The notes under the pieces are model-generated. The model searched no databases, had not been told where the DNA came from, and worked only from the letters and a program-made list of their open reading frames with translations. A DNA stretch of 64,000 nt from Minisyncoccota bacterium (GTDB lineage Bacteria; Patescibacteriota; Minisyncoccia; Phycocordibacterales; UBA9973). Shown here in pieces: positions 59,944 through 64,000 of this stretch. The stretch lies in contig JAIPHX010000005.1 in NCBI GenBank assembly GCA_021734995.1, forward strand, positions 4,099 to 68,098, given 5' to 3'. Position 1 is the first letter of the stretch, and the number at the start of each line of letters is the position of its first letter. Made by a program: the position numbers and the translations under genes.

Positions 59944-60371
59944 ATAAATTAAATAAATTTTTAGGTTTTGTGGTAGTGGGATACATACTTTTTTCCCCTA
60001 TGTTTTCTATGTTTTTATTTGCACAAAGTCCGCCACCTGCAGATACTGGATTGGTTGTATGTGGTACGAGAGATGATAGTGGTAATATTACCAAAAAATG
60101 TGGTTTTGATAGTTTTATTGAAACAATCAATAAAATTATGTTTTTTGCGATATACAATATAATGCTCCCAATTTCAGCTCTTTCTTTTGCATATGCTGGC
60201 GGTTTAATTTTATTTTCTGGGGGCGAAACAGCTAAAATACAAAAAGCAAAAGGTATCTTTACAAGTGTTTTGTGGGGTGTTGGTTGGATGATAGGTGCGT
60301 GGTTGGCAATATATTCAGTTGTTAATATTTTAGGTTATGAAGGGGACATCTTTAAATTTAATTCATTTTAA
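59940..60371 (+). CDS. VirB2/TrbC-like pilin
   Basis: Signal (..LFAQ), Cys pair, TM-GGETAKIQKAK-TM. Confidence 0.8.
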   Translation: MNKLNKFLGFVVVGYILFSPMFSMFLFAQSPPPADTGLVVCGTRDDSGNITKKCGFDSFIETINKIMFFAIYNIMLPISALSFAYAGGLILFSGGETAKIQKAKGIFTSVLWGVGWMIGAWLAIYSVVNILGYEGDIFKFNSF

Positions 60372-60386
60372 TGTTATAATATTCTT

Positions 60387-60749
60387 ATGAAATTTAATTT
60401 TAATTCTTTGTTTAGTTTTGTATTAGTTGTATTAATGTTTGTAGTATTTCCATTAGTAGGAATAGCTCAAGATAATTGTGACGGGACCAAAGAAATATGT
60501 AATCCAATCCAGTCCAATAACATTACAGAGTTAATTAAAAACGTTTTAGAGCAAGCTTTAAGATTGGGTATGCCGTTGCTTGTGGTTGCTATTATCTACT
60601 CAGGTTTTCTTTTTGTAGCTGCACAAGGGAATGCTACAAAATTAGAAACCGCTCGAAAATCTTTTATGTATACAATGATCGGTGCCGCTATTTTGCTTGG
60701 ATCGTGGGCATTAGCACAATTATTAGCTGAAACAATACGGGCTTTATAA
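60387..60749 (+). CDS. VirB2/TrbC-like pilin
   Basis: Signal (..GIAQ), C...CNP, IIYSGF..AQGNATKLETARK...IG. Confidence 0.85.
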   Translation: MKFNFNSLFSFVLVVLMFVVFPLVGIAQDNCDGTKEICNPIQSNNITELIKNVLEQALRLGMPLLVVAIIYSGFLFVAAQGNATKLETARKSFMYTMIGAAILLGSWALAQLLAETIRAL

Positions 60750-60764
60750 ATTTAAAATTTAAAA

Positions 60765-61775
60765 ATGCAAAATTTAAAAAAAATATTTTCGTTGGTATTA
60801 ACAATAGGAATGTTATTTATTCCTATTGTTTCTTTTGCTCAGACTCCTCGTTCATGTAGTGATGGCGGAATGATTGGGTTGATTTGTAAAATAGGGGAAT
60901 TGCTTAATTATGCAATGCCTGTACTTATAAGTCTTGGAGTTGTCTTGTTCATTTGGGGAGTTGTATTATATGTAATAGGTGGTGGAGATGAAGCCAAAAC
61001 AAAAGGGCGTGATAGGATTTTATGGGGTCTTGGAGGTCTTACTATAATGTCTGCACTTTGGGGATTGGTAAATATGATGCTTAAGACTTTTGGTCTTAAT
61101 GGAAATCAAAACAGTATTCCAGATGGGTTGAATAGTTTAATTCCTACAGGCACAATTGAGGCTTGCAGTAGTAATGGAGGAATTACTTTAATTATTTGTA
61201 ATGTTAGTACAATTTTAAGTAAGTTAATTCCACTATTAATAAGTGTTGGTGTAATAATATTTATCTGGGGAGTTGTATTGTATGTGATAGGTGGTGGAGA
61301 TGAAGCCAAGACAAAAGGAAGAGATAGAATGCTTTGGGGGCTTGTGGGGTTGGCTGTAATCGCAGGAATGTGGGGACTAGTTGCGATGATTAATACTACT
61401 TTTGGGATTACTGATGGTTCTGATGTGGCTAATACATTTATACAAAGCAATAAAGGGTTCGGAGGGCAGACAGCTGGTGGAGGTTGTGAAATAGGGAATG
61501 ATAAAAAACTGCAAGGTCTTTTAAATTTTGCTACTTGCGTTCTTACGAAATCTATGGTGCCTTTGCTTGTTGCTATGGCTACTGTTGCATTTGTATGGGG
61601 AATTATTATGTATGTTATTTCTGGGGGTGATGAAAACAAAAAAGACAAAGGGAGGGAGTATATTATGTGGGGGCTTATTGGTCTGACTGTGATGGTTTCT
61701 GTTTGGGGATTGGTAAAAATATTGGGGACTACTTTTGGTATTGATCATGCTATACCTCAAGTACAAAAAAGTTAA
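60765..61775 (+). CDS. Three-domain tandem VirB2/TrbC-like pilin protein
   Basis: One signal (SFAQ) followed by three units, each a Cys pair plus (F/A)xWG..YVI.GGDE.K.KGR...WGL.GL....WGLV..TFG. Confidence 0.85.
   Translation: MQNLKKIFSLVLTIGMLFIPIVSFAQTPRSCSDGGMIGLICKIGELLNYAMPVLISLGVVLFIWGVVLYVIGGGDEAKTKGRDRILWGLGGLTIMSALWGLVNMMLKTFGLNGNQNSIPDGLNSLIPTGTIEACSSNGGITLIICNVSTILSKLIPLLISVGVIIFIWGVVLYVIGGGDEAKTKGRDRMLWGLVGLAVIAGMWGLVAMINTTFGITDGSDVANTFIQSNKGFGGQTAGGGCEIGNDKKLQGLLNFATCVLTKSMVPLLVAMATVAFVWGIIMYVISGGDENKKDKGREYIMWGLIGLTVMVSVWGLVKILGTTFGIDHAIPQVQKS
60951..61343 (+). repeat. Intragenic direct repeat between pilin domains 1 and 2
   Basis: ~80-nt near-identical copies at 60951-61031 and 61263-61343. 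Confidence 0.8.
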
Positions 61776-61988
61776 TAATTAAGAGTTACATGGAATATAA
61801 TTAGAGTTGAATATGTGAGTAACCATTATTTTGTATCCACAGTTCTTTATAAATAGTATACTTGCACTTATATAATTATGGTATAATAGAATTAACCTAT
61901 TTTTAGGAAAAAATTATTATTTTAAGGTCGCTTTCACAAATTTATTATTTTGTGAAAATATTATTATTAAACCCTAAAAGGGAAAAAT

Positions 61989-62369
61989 ATGAAACAAAAA
62001 TTAATTTTATTATCAATGTCGTTGTTTAGCTTTAGTTTGCCGATGTTGTCTTTTGCTGCTCAAAATAGTCCTATATGTGATAGGGTAGACAATAATACTC
62101 TACAAGCTATTATTTGTAAAGTTGGTGAGTTGTTGAATTTTGTTGTACCAGTTTTGGTTGGGCTTGGAGTTGTTATTTTTGTATGGGGAGTCATTATGTA
62201 TGTGATGTCAAGTGAAGAAGACGCAAAGACTAAAGGTAGAGACAGAATGATTTTTGGTATTGTTGGTTTGGCTGTGATTGTAGCAATGTGGGGGTTAGTA
62301 AGGATATTAATCAATACTTTTGATGTAGGAACTGGAGGAGTAATGAGTACCCCAGCTCTTCCTATTTAG
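61989..62369 (+). CDS. VirB2/TrbC-like pilin
   Basis: Signal (SFAAQ), Cys pair, FVWGVIMYV..EEDAKTKGRDRMIFG. Confidence 0.85.
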   Translation: MKQKLILLSMSLFSFSLPMLSFAAQNSPICDRVDNNTLQAIICKVGELLNFVVPVLVGLGVVIFVWGVIMYVMSSEEDAKTKGRDRMIFGIVGLAVIVAMWGLVRILINTFDVGTGGVMSTPALPI

Positions 62370-62377
62370 TCTAAAAA

Positions 62378-62677
62378 ATGCCTAGCACCACTTATGAAGG
62401 TTTTTTAAATAATTTAATTACGCAAATTATAAATCCAGCTATTGTACTTATGTTTGCTTTAGCTACGGTTATATTTCTTTTTGGAGTATTTAAATTTATT
62501 TCAAAAGCAGATCAAGAGGAGGGTAGGACAGATGGGAAAAATAGTATGCTTTGGGGTGTGCTTGGTATGACAATAATGATTGGCGTCTGGTTTTTATTAG
62601 GTGTTATTATTGAGACTTTTGGAATAGAAGATATAAAACCTGAGACAAACACTGTTCATTTAAAACCATTTCAATAA
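62378..62677 (+). CDS. VirB2/TrbC-like pilin without an obvious signal
   Basis: IINP..TM..FLFGVFKFI..EEGRTDGK..MLWGVLG..VW. Confidence 0.8.
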   Translation: MPSTTYEGFLNNLITQIINPAIVLMFALATVIFLFGVFKFISKADQEEGRTDGKNSMLWGVLGMTIMIGVWFLLGVIIETFGIEDIKPETNTVHLKPFQ

Positions 62678-62690
62678 TTGAATTATTAAA

Positions 62691-62733
62691 GTTAAAAAAC
62701 AAAAAGCCCGTTATGGGCTTTTTGTTTTTTAAC
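62691..62733. terminator. Bidirectional terminator
   Basis: GTTAAAAAACAAAAAGCCC-gttat-GGGCTTTTTGTTTTTTAAC. Confidence 0.9.
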
Positions 62734-62743
62734 TGAAGAAAGT

Positions 62744-63571
62744 TTAAGCGTGTTTTAATGGAATGGAGCGATAATACTTTTCAGCACCGAAGAATTTTCT
62801 CCATATAAAGATTATAGCAATAACTAATACTATAAAGATAAACCATTGTAATATTCCTGAAGGTAAAAAACTATTTGATCCAAACACAGCGTTAGATGTC
62901 AAACCTTTATAACTTGAGTTGTCTGTGTTTCTACTGTTGTAAAAAGATGATAAGGCATTAGCTGATAGATTGGAGTCGTTTCTGCTTGTGGTAGAATCAT
63001 AGCTTGTTGAGTTAAAATTACTATTACTATTTTGGCTTGTACTAGTATTAGTGTTGCTTGTATTGTTATTTGAATTTGGATTTATAGAACCAGAAAAGTT
63101 TTGATTTGCATTTGTTGCTGGGGTTATATACAAGATAGCACTATTGGATATCCCTCCTCCTGGAGTTCCATTCAATACACTAATGGTATGATTTTTTACA
63201 TTCTTGATATCTTTTTCTTCTAATTGAATTATCATTCTAGTAGAATTTACATAAGAAGCTGTACGAGGTGCGTTATTGATTCTTACTACAGAAGTTGAAG
63301 TGAATCCATTTCCAGTGATAGTCACATTGTACACATCTGCTCCTTTTGGAATGTTGTTTGGAGTAATAAAGGAAATGTAAGGAGTAGGATTAAGAGGTAT
63401 GTTGTATTCGTCTTCGTAATTATTATCACTCTCAAAAATTGGTGGTTGGTAGAAAGTTACATAACCAGCAGATACATTTTGAGCTTTAAAAAACAAGACT
63501 GAAAAGATAATTATCAATCCAAAAGCAAAGTATTTTGCACTTATTTGATTGTTTTTAATTGTTTTAAACAT
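62744..63571 (-). CDS. Surface protein: signal peptide, IPT/TIG-like Ig domain, N/S/T-rich linker, C-terminal TM
   Basis: NVSA cleavage site; PYISFITP...VTITGNGF...YVNST...GGGISNS; FLP..W-TM-RK. Confidence 0.8.
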   Translation of the reverse strand: MFKTIKNNQISAKYFAFGLIIIFSVLFFKAQNVSAGYVTFYQPPIFESDNNYEDEYNIPLNPTPYISFITPNNIPKGADVYNVTITGNGFTSTSVVRINNAPRTASYVNSTRMIIQLEEKDIKNVKNHTISVLNGTPGGGISNSAILYITPATNANQNFSGSINPNSNNNTSNTNTSTSQNSNSNFNSTSYDSTTSRNDSNLSANALSSFYNSRNTDNSSYKGLTSNAVFGSNSFLPSGILQWFIFIVLVIAIIFIWRKFFGAEKYYRSIPLKHA

Positions 63572-63577
63572 GCATAT

Positions 63578-63606
63578 AGTATAGCACCTTTTAGCAGAAA
63601 AGTCAA
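63578..63606 (-). promoter_or_regulatory. Promoter of the IPT/TIG gene (leaderless)
   Basis: Minus strand TTGACT-17 nt-TATACT with TG extension, 6 nt before ATG. Confidence 0.7.
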
Positions 63607-63677
63607 GGGGGTAGGGGATACAAACAGAAAAAGCATAAAAGACTTATAAATAAAGCTTTTATGTGGTTTTTGTAAGG

Positions 63678-63759
63678 TGCCGGAGGGGAGACTTGAACTC
63701 CCATGAGTCACCTCGCTTGCTCCTAAGGCAAGTGCGTCTACCAATTTCGCCACCCCGGC
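63678..63759 (-). tRNA. tRNA-Leu(UAG)
   Basis: GCCGGGGTGGCGAAATTGGTAGACGC...CTTAGGA...long variable arm...GGGAGTTCAAGTCTCCC...CCGGCA. Confidence 0.97.
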
Positions 63760-63791
63760 ATGTAATATAGCGCTCATAAGTATTAAATATA

Positions 63792-64000
63792 GGCGCTGTG
63801 CGCCCAGAGGGAATCTCGCTTTACAAGCGCTGGTGCTTTTCCACTCGCTTCGCTCGTAAGGAAAAGCCTTTCGATTCCCCCACGCAAGCAAATAAATTTG
63901 CCTGCTTGGGCGCTGTGCGCCCAGAGGGAATCTCGCTTTACAAGCGCTGGTGCTTTTCCACTCGCTTCGCTCGTAAGGAAAAGCCTTTCGATTCCCCCAC
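63792..64000. repeat. 117-bp-period GC-rich tandem repeat containing a tRNA 3'-end-like segment; runs to the window edge
   Basis: 63792-63883 is identical to 63909-64000 (92 nt). Confidence 0.92.

Noticed and set aside
250-62314. Numerous 60-200 aa antisense or out-of-frame ORFs inside core genes
   Set aside because: Shadow ORFs of well-supported genes with no motifs of their own.
63541-63891. 116-aa minus-strand ORF
   Set aside because: It runs through tRNA-Leu and the tandem repeat; spurious.
63792-64000. CRISPR interpretation of the terminal repeat
   Set aside because: The repeat is at least 92 nt, no variable spacers are visible and no cas genes lie in the window.

Overview
A 64-kb AT-rich stretch of core chromosome from a reduced-genome bacterium, most likely Patescibacteria/CPR (Parcubacteria-like). 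The evidence for this is shortened PheS/PheT/ProS/S1/SMC, a compact RNase P RNA, a tandem VirB2/TrbC-like pilin array and very few Shine-Dalgarno sites. Most of the window is housekeeping: pheST, gyrB (with a 432-aa HNH intein), thrS, rpmF-nusB-rnc-smc, rnr, rpsP-khpA-trmD, rpoBC-dnaG-rpoD, tsf-rpsB, proS-mreBC-tgt, nrdJ, rnpB, rpsA, gyrA and two tRNAs. The most striking unannotated signal is a ~2-kb locus next to tRNA-Thr (38.5-40.6 kb). There, a HAD hydrolase and a circularly permuted ATP-grasp ligase are each preceded by a short ORF below the ORF-track cutoff. The two peptides share a (Y/W)HW(F/Y)H motif, and each ORF is followed by mutually exclusive RNA hairpins like a translation-coupled attenuator. 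Other notable items: an atypical short-stem-I T-box upstream of thrS, a candidate pseudoknotted leader upstream of a cell-wall hydrolase, many apparently leaderless genes, a hinge-less short SMC, a clan-CD-like protease, and a 117-bp tandem repeat carrying a tRNA 3' end at the right edge. I saw no CRISPR array, integrase or transposase. All calls are from manual reading; no searches were run.
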